DNA of 64,000 nucleotides from an uncultured Actinomycetes bacterium (GCA_964631685.1 CAZVZU010000004.1:65249-129248), one strand, 5' to 3'. Positions 30,337 through 41,002 are shown, counted from the first letter of the stretch. Notes: a model not told the origin generated them from the sequence alone. Made by a program: numbers and translations.

Positions 30337-30789
30337 TTATTTTTTAAATATATCGCTAGAATTACCTTTTAATGACTTAATCTTGTCGGTAAACTCATTA
30401 ATTATAGAAACCCACTTATTGCCCTCGGAAGCACTAATCCATGAAAACTCCATCCTATTCAAATCAACCCCGAGAAAACCCAATAAATTCCTGAAGATAG
30501 CATATTTTCTCCTTGAATGATAATTCCCGCTTATGTAATGGCAATCGCCGGGATGACAACCGGAAATCAACACACCCTTGGCGCCTTTCTTAAATGCCTC
30601 CACGATAAATAGAGGATCTATCCTTCCCGAACAAGGAAGCTTTATCACCCTCACATTATCGGAATACTTCATCCTGCTCGTTCCCGCAAGATCCGCCCCA
30701 CTGTACGTGCACCAATTACAAACGAATGCAATAATCCGAGGGTCGCTATCATCGCTTGTTTTCGCAAGCTCTTCTTTTTTATCTTCCAT
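30337..30789 (-). CDS. flxD: MvhD-like [2Fe-2S] subunit FlxD
   Basis: CNWCTYSGADLAG, PCSGRID, GCHPGDCHY, WISASEG. Confidence 0.9.
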   Translation of the reverse strand: MEDKKEELAKTSDDSDPRIIAFVCNWCTYSGADLAGTSRMKYSDNVRVIKLPCSGRIDPLFIVEAFKKGAKGVLISGCHPGDCHYISGNYHSRRKYAIFRNLLGFLGVDLNRMEFSWISASEGNKWVSIINEFTDKIKSLKGNSSDIFKK

Positions 30790-30868
30790 TTATGGCGAAC
30801 TCCTTTTTACCTATTTTCATATTTATTTCCTACCGTTTAATGCAACAGCTTGTATTATTGTATCAAAT

Positions 30869-32851
30869 TTAAATAGCTAACGACTTAATCTCTGCATATA
30901 TCTGATCATCCATAAATCCTTTGACATCTATCGATTTAGAAAAACATGCATTAACACATGCACCGCAACCGGTGCAAAGTCCGGGATTAACATTGGCAAC
31001 AACCTTTATAAGCTTGCCACTTCTATCCTTAATCTCTTTTTTGCTAATCGCACTATAACCACAAACCCTTTGGCAGTAAAAACATGCAACGCAAGTAGCT
31101 TCATTAACGCTGGCGATAGTTCCCTCAACCTCATACTCATCTTTCGAAAACAACCCTAATATTTTGGCTGCGACTGCAGAACCGGAAACAACCGACTCCG
31201 GAATATCCCTTGGCCCCTGCGCCATACCCGCAAGAAAAATGCCAGCAGTGGAAGACTCGGCAGGACGAAGCTTAGGGTGGGATTCCGTATAAAACCCATA
31301 TTTATCATATGATATGCCTAGCATTTGAGCAATCTTGTCGGAACCCTTTTTAGGTATAACACCGGTTGCCAAAACCACCATATCCGCCGCAATTTCTACC
31401 TGATTGCCGGAAAGCGTATCAGCCCCCTTAACGATAAGTTTGCCGTCATTTTCATAAATCTTCGACACCCTGCCCCTAAGATAAATTGCACCATCTTGTT
31501 CCATGGCACCCCTGACAAATTCTTCATACCCCTTACTCGTCGCCCTTATATCTATGTAAAAGACATAACTTTGAGAACCGTGAACCTTATGTGCAAACAA
31601 TTTTGTGTGCTTCGCAGTATACATACAACAAACTTTTGAGCAATAAGGCACGCCTTTTTCGGGGTCCCTTGAGCCTACGCATTGAATAAACACGATTGTT
31701 TGCGGGATTTTGCCGTCAGACGGTCTCTTAATTACACCCTCGGTTGGGCCGGATGCAGATAAAAGTCTTTCAAATTGCAAACCCGATATGACATCTTTAA
31801 ATTTGCCGTAACCATATTCACCATACATAGAATTTTCCATTAAATCATAACCGGTTGCGGCTACAATTGCGCCAACGGTCTCTTCTATAATTTCATCCTT
31901 TATGTCAAAATCAATACATTTAGGACCACAAGCCTCATAACATTTAACGCATTTTCCGCCTTTTCTGAAATGAAGACAAACCGATCTGTCTAATACAGGG
32001 ATAAGAGGAACGGCTTGAGGAAAAGGAACGTATATAGCCGTTCTTTCAGATAAATTTACATTAAATTCACTCTTGACATTTTTATGCATAGGACAGGCAT
32101 TCCAGCATTCGCCGCAACCGGTGCAATCCTTCTCGACAACGCTTCTTGCCTTTTTTCTTATTTTAATCTTAAAGTTTCCTATATATCCTGATACGTCTTC
32201 GACCTCTGAATATGTATATAGCTTAATATTTGGACTCTGATTCACTTCGACCATTTTCGGAGTCATGATGCAACTGGAACAATCAAGGGTCGGAAAAGTT
32301 TCATCAAGCTGGATCATTCTTCCGCCTATGGACGGCTCCTTCTCTACGAGCAGAACCTCAATTCCTCCGCTTGCAATATCTAATGCCGCCTGAATGCCGG
32401 ATATGCCCCCTCCTATAACAAGCGCCTTTTTGTTCAAGGGCACCCTAACATCTTCGATAGGTTTATCTCTCTTAACCTTTTCGACCATCATCTTCATCAA
32501 ATCTATCGCTTTATTGGTAGCCCTTTCTTTATCATCGTGAACCCAAGAAACCTGCTCTCTAATATTGGCGATCTCGACAAAATACGGGTTTAAGCCCTCT
32601 TGAATGGCGGCTTTCCTGAATGTCTTTTCATGCATATGTGGGGAACAAGCCGCAAGAACAACTCCCGTCAGATTTTCTTTCTTAATCATATTCCTTAAAC
32701 TGTTCTGCCCAGGATCGGAACACATATATTTATAGTCGATTGCAGTTACGACACCAGGAATATTCCTGGCCTCCTCGGCAACCTTAACAACATCAACCGT
32801 CCCCGCAATATTTGAACCGCACCAACAAACAAAAACTCCTACTCTTGCCAT
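30869..32851 (-). CDS. hdrA: Heterodisulfide reductase flavoprotein subunit A
   Basis: GVFVCWCGSNIA, ANIREQ, GGGISG, TFPTLDC, QCVGSRD, YCSKVCCMY, C-terminal ferredoxin domain. Confidence 0.96.
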   Translation of the reverse strand: MARVGVFVCWCGSNIAGTVDVVKVAEEARNIPGVVTAIDYKYMCSDPGQNSLRNMIKKENLTGVVLAACSPHMHEKTFRKAAIQEGLNPYFVEIANIREQVSWVHDDKERATNKAIDLMKMMVEKVKRDKPIEDVRVPLNKKALVIGGGISGIQAALDIASGGIEVLLVEKEPSIGGRMIQLDETFPTLDCSSCIMTPKMVEVNQSPNIKLYTYSEVEDVSGYIGNFKIKIRKKARSVVEKDCTGCGECWNACPMHKNVKSEFNVNLSERTAIYVPFPQAVPLIPVLDRSVCLHFRKGGKCVKCYEACGPKCIDFDIKDEIIEETVGAIVAATGYDLMENSMYGEYGYGKFKDVISGLQFERLLSASGPTEGVIKRPSDGKIPQTIVFIQCVGSRDPEKGVPYCSKVCCMYTAKHTKLFAHKVHGSQSYVFYIDIRATSKGYEEFVRGAMEQDGAIYLRGRVSKIYENDGKLIVKGADTLSGNQVEIAADMVVLATGVIPKKGSDKIAQMLGISYDKYGFYTESHPKLRPAESSTAGIFLAGMAQGPRDIPESVVSGSAVAAKILGLFSKDEYEVEGTIASVNEATCVACFYCQRVCGYSAISKKEIKDRSGKLIKVVANVNPGLCTGCGACVNACFSKSIDVKGFMDDQIYAEIKSLAI

Positions 32852-32931
32852 AATATATACCCCATATATTGCTCAATTTTCACTTAACTAAACTTGCATT
32901 CTATTACTAAAAATATATAGACCGATGATAC

Positions 32932-33810
32932 CTACTCAGGCAATCCCTCGATCTTCTTTAAAACCTTATCCGCCGCAACCATATGCCCCTCTATCGCAAG
33001 ATCTTTATAGCTTATTCCAAAGGAAAGCCCCAAGAGCTCGGTTATAAAAAACACCGGCAACCCCAACTTTTCAGCATATTTCCTTTCTATCTCTCTTTGC
33101 CTAACATCTAAATTAGAGTGACACAAGGGACAGGCAACAACTACAAGGTCTGCTCCGTGTTTTTTGATATCATATAAAATATTACCCGTCAAAGCCATAA
33201 CCACATCGGGTTTAGAAAGCGAATTAATAGCTCCGCAACACTCGGTCTTAAAGGAATAATTCACTGGTTCAGCCCCTGTAAGCCCGACTAATTCGTCCAT
33301 AGACATAGGATTTTCAGGATCGTCAAACTGCATAATCTTGGGCGGTCTCACTAACAAGCAACCATAGTAAGAGGCAACTTTTAAACCGGTTAAACGCTTT
33401 TTAACCATAGATTTTATCTTATCCTTACCTACAACATCATTGAGAAATTCAAGCATATTGCTTATACCTATTTTGGCGTTGTAAGGCATTTCTATGGAGT
33501 CGGTTATCCTTTTTTTAAGGATATCGTCGGCTTGAAGTTCATAGTCGGCAGTTTTGAGCCTATTAGAACATGCAGCGCATGGAGCAAGAACCGATTCAAA
33601 TCCTTCTTTTTCTGCTATCGCAAGATTTCTTGCGGGAAGAGCCACGGAAATATTATGGTTTATACTGTGAGCCGCGGAAGCGCCGCAACAGTTCCAATCT
33701 GGTATTTCTTTAACCTCTATATTTAACGCCTTAAGTATTCTTAGCAGAGACACTTCATATTCAAATGATGTTCCTTTAAGTGAACATCCCGGGTAATATG
33801 CTAATTTCAT
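32932..33810 (-). CDS. hdrB: Heterodisulfide reductase subunit B (two CCG domains)
   Basis: YYPGC, WNCCGA, CAAC, YYGC, ECCG, CPLC. Confidence 0.93.
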   Translation of the reverse strand: MKLAYYPGCSLKGTSFEYEVSLLRILKALNIEVKEIPDWNCCGASAAHSINHNISVALPARNLAIAEKEGFESVLAPCAACSNRLKTADYELQADDILKKRITDSIEMPYNAKIGISNMLEFLNDVVGKDKIKSMVKKRLTGLKVASYYGCLLVRPPKIMQFDDPENPMSMDELVGLTGAEPVNYSFKTECCGAINSLSKPDVVMALTGNILYDIKKHGADLVVVACPLCHSNLDVRQREIERKYAEKLGLPVFFITELLGLSFGISYKDLAIEGHMVAADKVLKKIEGLPE

Positions 33811-33841
33811 GTATATAATTTCTCCCCAATAGTGTTAATAT

Positions 33842-34390
33842 TTACTCAAAATCCTTAAAAATCTTGGCAATTTGATTTAAACCAGAAATCTTTTCCCCGT
33901 GCATCTTAAGTTTGCCCTTTTCAATCATCTTTGGAGCTAAAAACATATCCCTGAACAAATGCCTTGTTTTAAACTTGTATTTGCCTACAAGCTCAAGCTC
34001 GAATATTCTGCCATTAGATTTAACATTATCCAAGAAAACCTCATGGAACATCTGCACCTCTTTTTCTACCTTTGACAAGATTCCTCGTCCTTTGGCTATT
34101 TCTCTTAAAACATCCATAATTCCGGCAACCTCAAACCCTTTAGGGCAGCGTGTGGAACATGTATTACACGAAACGCAAAGCCATATGGTCTTAGAGTTTA
34201 GAACGGTATTATCCATTCCCAGTTCCGTCATTTTTATAATTTGGTTTGGAGTATAATCCATTTCGAAGTTAACAGGACAGCCGGCAGAACACTTTCCGCA
34301 CTGATAGCATCTGGAGAGTTTATCGTGAAGCATCGACTCCACTTTTGATGCAAAATTTCGTCTATTTTGTTCGTTTATAACTATTTTCAT
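33842..34390 (-). CDS. hdrC: Heterodisulfide reductase subunit C
   Basis: CYQCGKCSAGCP and WLCVSCNTCSTRCP. Confidence 0.93.
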   Translation of the reverse strand: MKIVINEQNRRNFASKVESMLHDKLSRCYQCGKCSAGCPVNFEMDYTPNQIIKMTELGMDNTVLNSKTIWLCVSCNTCSTRCPKGFEVAGIMDVLREIAKGRGILSKVEKEVQMFHEVFLDNVKSNGRIFELELVGKYKFKTRHLFRDMFLAPKMIEKGKLKMHGEKISGLNQIAKIFKDFE

Positions 34391-34483
34391 CGTAAATATC
34401 CTTTGTATATTTTAATCATTAAGATTATTCGTGAATATCACATTAAGAAATATTAGAACGACTCGCAAAAATGTAGTCTTGTT

Positions 34484-34512
34484 ATTCTAATTTATATCAG
34501 CCTTTTAGTCAA
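34484..34512 (-). promoter_or_regulatory. Sigma-70 promoter of the hdr-flx operon
   Basis: TTGACT-17 bp-TAGAAT on the minus strand. Confidence 0.65.
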
Positions 34513-34547
34513 GCGATTTTTAAAGTTTTTCAAACTAAATTGAATTA

Positions 34548-34576
34548 TTGACTTGTGACTCTACAGTCATTATAAT
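34548..34576 (+). promoter_or_regulatory. Sigma-70 promoter of the tolC-macAB operon with palindromic operator in the spacer
   Basis: TTGACT-17 bp-TATAAT; TGACT-CTAC-AGTCA at 34556-34569. Confidence 0.7.
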
Positions 34577-34650
34577 AGTGGTTGTATGTTCGGGATAAGA
34601 CAATCTGAACATACGTTTACTTAAAAAATTCAAAAATCATTAGAATTGCA

Positions 34651-36060
34651 ATGATATCCAAATCACCTAAATATGCCATTTTCTCCTTGCTTTGTATTAT
34701 TGTAATTGTAGTTTGTTTTTCCTATAATTCTTATGCATTAAATGGACACAAACAAGCCCGCGGATACAAGCCGGCCACCACCAAAAATATTCTACTCTTT
34801 ATTCCCTCTTATATCGGAAAATCCTCAATTGACAGAGATGCGCCGCATACTATAGGGCTGACGGCAGCACTCAAGCTATCCCTTAAGCATTATCCCGGCA
34901 TATTGTTATCTAAATATGACTATATATCCTCCATATATGCCAAAAACCAGTCACTTCACCTATATTATCCACAGATTTCCGGCACTGCTGTTTTTTCTAA
35001 AAATTCAGCTATGAGCAATAGCGTAGGCGGAATGAATTATTCTGTTAACAACTACTCCGGAAGCATCAATGCCACTTATATGCTCTACTCTTTCGGTTCC
35101 CGCTACTACGGCTACCTCGGATCGGTTTATCAAATGAAAAGGGCCAATGCGGGTTATAACCTATCGATAAATAAAAATCTTTACAGTGTGGTGATTAATT
35201 TTGCTACATACTTTGCAGACATAGAGTTAATGAAGGCCGATAGAGAAAATATGAAAAGCTACGAGATGCAATATAAGGCCGCTTTTGAATTCTATAAAAT
35301 AGGAACGGGTAATCTCTTGGATGCCGAAACGGCAAAAGCCAATATGGAAAATGCAAAAGCTGTATACACAAACTCAATTTATAATCTAAGGATTGCAAGA
35401 CTGGCGCTATTTAATTCAATCGGACTTTCCCCGTCAAAAAAATATCGATTTGTCAATACGCTTAAATTTAAGCCTTTAGTACAAAAACTTGACAGTCTTA
35501 TAAAGACGGCTGTGAAATTGAACCCCGAACTTAAGGAATCAATATATGCTGTTAAATCGTCAAGAGCCGCTATAGATGAAGCAGCAAGTGGATATTTTCC
35601 TGAACTAAGCGCAGATTTTTCATATACAGGACAGAATTCATCATTTCCGTTAAATAGAAATTATTCGGTTGGCGTATCTGTTTCAATACCTATTTTTAAC
35701 GGATTTCTGACCCAAAATAAAATAGAATATTCCAAGGCAATGTTAAACAGTAATATATGGAGCAGGCGACTTATCCGCGATAATCTTGTCTATAGCATAT
35801 CTATCGATTATTATGCTATTCTTAACCAATATTTAACCGCAAAAATGCTAAAGTCATCGGAAGATGCGGCGATGCTCGCATATAAACTTGCGTTAAAAAG
35901 TTATAAAATAGGCATAGGTTCAATGCTTGAACTTACAATTGCAAATACGCGATATATATCAGCCGAAACAAATTACATAAATGCAAAATTTACCTATTTT
36001 TATCAAAAAGCAAAACTTTATTCCGATCTGGGTTTAATGCGGGAACATTATATCAAATGA
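34651..36060 (+). CDS. TolC-family outer membrane efflux protein
   Basis: Signal peptide, repeated OEP halves (YYPQIS, YFPELS, VSIPIFNG), operon context. Confidence 0.88.
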   Translation: MISKSPKYAIFSLLCIIVIVVCFSYNSYALNGHKQARGYKPATTKNILLFIPSYIGKSSIDRDAPHTIGLTAALKLSLKHYPGILLSKYDYISSIYAKNQSLHLYYPQISGTAVFSKNSAMSNSVGGMNYSVNNYSGSINATYMLYSFGSRYYGYLGSVYQMKRANAGYNLSINKNLYSVVINFATYFADIELMKADRENMKSYEMQYKAAFEFYKIGTGNLLDAETAKANMENAKAVYTNSIYNLRIARLALFNSIGLSPSKKYRFVNTLKFKPLVQKLDSLIKTAVKLNPELKESIYAVKSSRAAIDEAASGYFPELSADFSYTGQNSSFPLNRNYSVGVSVSIPIFNGFLTQNKIEYSKAMLNSNIWSRRLIRDNLVYSISIDYYAILNQYLTAKMLKSSEDAAMLAYKLALKSYKIGIGSMLELTIANTRYISAETNYINAKFTYFYQKAKLYSDLGLMREHYIK

Positions 36061-36088
36061 AAAAACATGCAGAGTATACGGTGAAAAA

Positions 36089-37279
36089 ATGAAAAAAAGT
36101 ACAATAATAATCTCAATAATAATAATTCTGGTTTTATTATCCGTTTCTTATCCTTTTATAATGAAATCCGGACATAAAAGACCCAGATACAAGCTTTACA
36201 TAATAAATCCGATAACAATACAAAAATATATAACAACATCCGGGATAGCGAACCCTATGCATACGATAAATGTGGGCACTCAAGTATCAGGAAGATTCAC
36301 AAAACTTCATGTATGGTACAATTCCGTGGTAAAAAAAGGGCAACTTCTCGCCGAGATTGATCCTACGGCTTTTATCCAAAAAATAGATCAGGACAAGGCA
36401 AATCTTGAATCCGCAGAGGCTAATGTAGCAAAACAAAAGGCGATTTTGTCGTTCAACAAGCTTACATACTATAGAAACAAAGTGCTATGGAAAGAAAATT
36501 TGATAGCCCACGCGAAAGAGCAGGGTACTTTCAGTATATATCTTCAGAGTGCTGCCCAGCTTAAATATGCCGAAGGTATGGTTAATGCCGTTAATGCCCA
36601 ACTTGCAATAGATAAAACAAATCTTTCATATACAAAAATATACTCACCGGTCAACGGCATAATCATAAATATCAATGTAGTTGTAGGGCAAACGGTCGCT
36701 TCAAGCTTTCAAACCCCAAGTCTATTTACTATAGGAGAGAATATCTCTCGAATGGAGATAGATACTGCCACAAATGAATCTGATCTCGCCGGCATAAAAA
36801 AGGGTGATGCCGCATCATTCACCGTCTACGCTCATCCCAATAAGACAATATGGGGATATGTACATAATATTAGAATAAACCCTACGACCGTTTCAGGTGT
36901 CGTAAACTATAATGTCACAATATATTTCAATAATAAACACGGGCTGGTTCTTCCTGGGATGACCGCAATTGCAAAAATATATACATTGAAAAGAAAGAAT
37001 ATTCTCGGCGTCCCAAATTCTGCATTGAGGTTCATTCCAAAAAACGAAAACAAAACAGTTTTATATAATTTATCTAAAAACCTCAGGGTCGGCTACGGGG
37101 TTGTATGGATATTAAAAAATAAAGAAAAACCCAAACCCGTCATAGTTAAACTGGGGATAAACAACGATAACTACACGCAGATTATCTCTAAATATGTTAA
37201 AACCGGAACGAGGGTAATAATCGGTTTAAAGACTAATTTCCAGACTGCCTCGTCCACTAACAAAAGATCATTTTTATAG
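36089..37279 (+). CDS. MacA-like periplasmic adaptor
   Basis: VGTQVSG, VKKGQLLAEIDP, GQTVASSFQTP, LPGMTA. Confidence 0.9.
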   Translation: MKKSTIIISIIIILVLLSVSYPFIMKSGHKRPRYKLYIINPITIQKYITTSGIANPMHTINVGTQVSGRFTKLHVWYNSVVKKGQLLAEIDPTAFIQKIDQDKANLESAEANVAKQKAILSFNKLTYYRNKVLWKENLIAHAKEQGTFSIYLQSAAQLKYAEGMVNAVNAQLAIDKTNLSYTKIYSPVNGIIININVVVGQTVASSFQTPSLFTIGENISRMEIDTATNESDLAGIKKGDAASFTVYAHPNKTIWGYVHNIRINPTTVSGVVNYNVTIYFNNKHGLVLPGMTAIAKIYTLKRKNILGVPNSALRFIPKNENKTVLYNLSKNLRVGYGVVWILKNKEKPKPVIVKLGINNDNYTQIISKYVKTGTRVIIGLKTNFQTASSTNKRSFL

Positions 37280-37296
37280 ATTTTTTATATTACTTT

Positions 37297-38019
37297 ATGG
37301 AACATAAAAACATTAAAACCCACCTGATAGAGCTTGAAAATATCGGGATGATATATAAAATAGGCGATGTTTCCTATGAAGTTTTGATGGAGATAAATTT
37401 GAATATCGATAAAGGAGAGTTTGTTTCTATAATGGGGGCGTCAGGCTCTGGTAAATCCACTCTACTGAATATATTAGGGTGCCTTGATAGGCCCACATCT
37501 GGAAGATATTTTCTTGAAGGCAGGGATATATCAAGCTTAACCCCTGATGAACTTGCCGGAGTAAGAAACACAAAAATAGGCTTTGTTTTCCAAGGCTTCA
37601 ATCTTATCCAGAGACTTTCAATAGTTGAAAACGTAGAACTCCCCCTATATTACTCCGGACTACCATCATCTGTAGCCACCGAGATGGCAATGGAAGCATT
37701 AAAACTTGTAGATATGCCGGACACGGGGAATAAATTTCCTAATCAGATATCAGGCGGGGAGCAGCAAAGGGTCGCAATAGCAAGGGCAATTATAAACAAT
37801 GCGCCGATAATTATGGCCGATGAACCTACCGGCAACCTTGATTCCCATAGAGGCGCAGATGTGATGAATTTTTTTCAAAAGATTAACGAGGAAAGAAAAT
37901 CTACAATCATTCTAGTGTCACACGATAAAGACATAGCCGGTTACGGAAAAAGGCTTATAACCGTTAAAGACGGGAGGATTATGCCACCCATTTCCAATAT
38001 ACAACAATTTATCAACTAA
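37297..38019 (+). CDS. ABC transporter ATP-binding protein (MacB/LolD-like)
   Basis: GASGSGKST, SGGEQQRVAIARA, ADEPTGNLD. Confidence 0.93.
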   Translation: MEHKNIKTHLIELENIGMIYKIGDVSYEVLMEINLNIDKGEFVSIMGASGSGKSTLLNILGCLDRPTSGRYFLEGRDISSLTPDELAGVRNTKIGFVFQGFNLIQRLSIVENVELPLYYSGLPSSVATEMAMEALKLVDMPDTGNKFPNQISGGEQQRVAIARAIINNAPIIMADEPTGNLDSHRGADVMNFFQKINEERKSTIILVSHDKDIAGYGKRLITVKDGRIMPPISNIQQFIN

Positions 38020-38035
38020 CCTATTAATCAACCCA

Positions 38036-39265
38036 ATGAAAAAAGTAAAATTTGCATTTTTTTTGGACATAAAATCGGCGTATAAAACACTTCTTAGAAA
38101 TAAAATAAGGTCTCTTTTAACAATACTCGGAATAATTATTGGCGTAGGCTCCGTTATCGCAACGGTAAGTATTGGACAAGGAGCCTCGGAAGCCATACAA
38201 AATTCCATCAAGTCCATGGGATCCAATCTGCTCATAATTCTTCCGGGTTCATCCTCTACAGGGGGCATCAGAGGCGGGCTTGGAGCATTACCAACATTGA
38301 CATTAGGCGATGTTTATGCAATAAAAAAACTACGCGCCGTTAAAGCAGCTTCGGGAAATTTCGGCACGGTTCGGCAAATAATATGGCGCGGAAACAACTG
38401 GTCGACCTTTATCATGGGCGCAAACTCAACATTTCCATTAATTAGAGACTGGCCATCAGCAAGAGGTGTATTTTTTGACCGGCAACAGGTCTTATCGGCA
38501 TCAAATGTAGCTGTTATAGGCAATACGGCAGCAACTGAGCTTTTTGGACTAATGAATCCGCTAGGACGCATAATACTCATAAAGAACATTCCTTTTACAA
38601 TAATTGGACTTTTATCCGTCAAGGGCTTTAATGCATTCGGCCGAGATCAGGATGATACGGTAATAATACCGATAACTACGATGTTGAAAAAGATTGCGGG
38701 AACTACATGGGTACACGCTATAACTGTATCCGCAAGATCAAAAAAAGACACATCCATAGCTCAATCGGAAATCACGATACTTTTAAGGCAAAGACATCAT
38801 ATCCCCCCACACAAACCAAACGATTTTTTTGTAAGAAATCTTGCCCAAATTGCAAAAACCGTAAGCTCCAGCGCAAATATCTTTACTATCCTTTTGGGAA
38901 GTATAGCTACGGTATCTCTACTTGTCGGGGGCATAGGAATAATGAATATAATGCTTGTTTCCGTCACTGAAAGGACTAAGGAGATAGGAATCAGAATGGC
39001 TATAGGGGCCAAAAGAAAAGATATTTTAAAACAATTTTTGATCGAATCTGCAATGTTAAGTCTTTTTGGTGGAATACTAGGCATCGCCTGCGGTATTGGC
39101 CTTTCAGATGTTATATCTGTTTTTTCACCATTTAAAACCATAGTCACTATTGAGCCTATCGTGATCTCATTAATATTCTCATTAGCAGTAGGTATCTTTT
39201 TCGGATTCTATCCTGCATACAAGGCATCCAAAATGAATCCGGTAGAGGCACTGAGATACGAATAG
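38036..39265 (+). CDS. ABC transporter permease (MacB/FtsX-like)
   Basis: RSLLTILGIIIG, GGIGIMNIMLVSVTERTKEIGIRMAIGA, PVEALRYE. Confidence 0.93.
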   Translation: MKKVKFAFFLDIKSAYKTLLRNKIRSLLTILGIIIGVGSVIATVSIGQGASEAIQNSIKSMGSNLLIILPGSSSTGGIRGGLGALPTLTLGDVYAIKKLRAVKAASGNFGTVRQIIWRGNNWSTFIMGANSTFPLIRDWPSARGVFFDRQQVLSASNVAVIGNTAATELFGLMNPLGRIILIKNIPFTIIGLLSVKGFNAFGRDQDDTVIIPITTMLKKIAGTTWVHAITVSARSKKDTSIAQSEITILLRQRHHIPPHKPNDFFVRNLAQIAKTVSSSANIFTILLGSIATVSLLVGGIGIMNIMLVSVTERTKEIGIRMAIGAKRKDILKQFLIESAMLSLFGGILGIACGIGLSDVISVFSPFKTIVTIEPIVISLIFSLAVGIFFGFYPAYKASKMNPVEALRYE

Positions 39266-39279
39266 ACACTCACAACTAC

Positions 39280-39606
39280 TTAGTCTATGCATTTTTCTAT
39301 TGTCTGATTGAACGCAGTAATATCCGGATTTACGCCTTCATAAAGACATGCGCCCGCCGCTTTTAATCCCTCTACAAAATCCTCGCCCGATATATATATA
39401 TCGTTAGAAGGCTCAATAAGTTTTCCTTCAATCATAACACAAGGACCATCAGGATCGTTTTTATCCCTAAAGTCTGACGGAATTATCGAGATCTTAACAT
39501 TTCTAAATGTCGAAATAATGAGCCATGCAACAGAAGAATACATCTTGCATCTCCCGTGCGGAGGGCATTTGGTGATAATTTTTACTTCGACAGGTTCGCT
39601 CTCCAT
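39280..39606 (-). CDS. Hypothetical Cys-containing protein, possible thioredoxin-like fold
   Basis: GAGGGG RBS, 108-aa ORF filling the gap; CPPHGRC and GPCVMIEGK. Confidence 0.65.
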   Translation of the reverse strand: MESEPVEVKIITKCPPHGRCKMYSSVAWLIISTFRNVKISIIPSDFRDKNDPDGPCVMIEGKLIEPSNDIYISGEDFVEGLKAAGACLYEGVNPDITAFNQTIEKCID

Positions 39607-39795
39607 ACTTAATCATCCCCTCTTGTTTTGCATTTTAATTAAACATATCTTAAACCGCATTTAAGTGATAATATACAATTACGCTGTCCGCTTCCAAATT
39701 ATTTGTATTTCTGTTATATTAGTAACATATATAATTATTTAGTTGCATTATAACATAACACAAAAAATATGAATATCTAAGGTTTTGTCAGCCAT

Positions 39796-40440
39796 ATGTT
39801 CAAGGCATTAAAAGAAAATATAAATTCGGTTTATGAAAGAGACCCTGCAGCAAGGAATATATTGGAAGTATTATTGTGCTATCCGGGGCTTCATGCGATA
39901 TGTTTCCATAAAATTGCACATTTTTTATGGAAACATCAGCTACGACTTTTGGCAAGATTAATATCTCAGCTTGGAAGGTTTATTACTGCCATAGAGATTC
40001 ATCCCGGGGCCAAGATTGGCAGGAGATTTTTTATTGACCACGGGATGGGGATAGTTATCGGGGAAACAGCCGAGATAGGCGATGACGTTACTATGTATCA
40101 TGGTGTTACGCTTGGCGGGACAAGCTGGAAAAAGGAAAAAAGGCATCCAACAATAGAAGATAGGGTCATAATAGGCACAGGGGCAAAGATATTAGGACCG
40201 CTTGTTGTTGGGCACGATTCTAAAATTGGCGCAAATTCTGTTGTAGTGAGCGCTGTTATGCCCCATTCGACGGTTGTGGGAATACCTGCAAAATCTACAA
40301 AAAGGGATGAGTCAGAGGTACATAGGAATGTCGATCTCGAACACGATAGGTTGTTTGACCCCGCTTTTTATGAAATTTCTATTCTAAAATCCAAAATATC
40401 GGAACTTGAAGAAAAGATTCGAGACATTAAAGAACGATAA
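39796..40440 (+). CDS. cysE: Serine O-acetyltransferase
   Basis: [30 protein letters not shown]. Confidence 0.96.
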   Translation: MFKALKENINSVYERDPAARNILEVLLCYPGLHAICFHKIAHFLWKHQLRLLARLISQLGRFITAIEIHPGAKIGRRFFIDHGMGIVIGETAEIGDDVTMYHGVTLGGTSWKKEKRHPTIEDRVIIGTGAKILGPLVVGHDSKIGANSVVVSAVMPHSTVVGIPAKSTKRDESEVHRNVDLEHDRLFDPAFYEISILKSKISELEEKIRDIKER

Positions 40441-40495
40441 ATCGGAAATAAACCTATATAGTTTAAAAACATCGACAATTGGAGTGTTAAAATAA

Positions 40496-40963
40496 ATGAG
40501 ACTTTCATCGAAAGGGCAATATGCCGTCAGGGCTATAATAGACTTGTCGTATTATTCCAGAAACAGCCTCGCACCAATCAGCTTAAAAGATATAGCTAAA
40601 AGAGAATCTATATCAATTCACTATTTGGAACAGATATTTTTTACACTGAAAAAAGCGAATATAGTGCGAAGCTTAAGAGGGCCAAATGGCGGATACGTGC
40701 TCAATAAGAAACCGTCAGAGATTCTGATAGGCGAAATAATAGCCTCCGTGGAACCCATTGAAATCATCAGCTGTATAAGCAAGGCTAAAAACAAAAAGGG
40801 GTGTGAAAGAAAATCCGTTTGCCTCGCTTTCGATATGTGGAATTCGATCTCAACAAAAATAACAGAATTTTTGAACTCTATCACTATCGAAGATGTTATA
40901 AGTGAATATGAGCATAAACAAAAATCAAACAGCGGAATTATTAAGAAAACTTGCAAAGATTAG
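40496..40963 (+). CDS. Rrf2-family regulator (IscR/CymR-like, three Cys)
   Basis: MRLSSKGQYAVRA, YLEQIF, SLRGPNGGY; three C-terminal Cys. Confidence 0.92.
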   Translation: MRLSSKGQYAVRAIIDLSYYSRNSLAPISLKDIAKRESISIHYLEQIFFTLKKANIVRSLRGPNGGYVLNKKPSEILIGEIIASVEPIEIISCISKAKNKKGCERKSVCLAFDMWNSISTKITEFLNSITIEDVISEYEHKQKSNSGIIKKTCKD

Positions 40964-41002
40964 TCGCAATCTTACAATTAATGTAACCTTAAATTTTACT
41001 AA

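Noticed and set aside
27427..34390. Selenocysteine recoding in HdrA or FlxD
   Set aside because: ORFs are full length with Cys at the relevant positions and no in-frame TGA
34428..34444. Rex operator upstream of hdrC (TTCGTGAATATCACATT)
   Set aside because: Half-site spacing is GTGA-N3-TCAC, not the N6 expected for Rex or CRP
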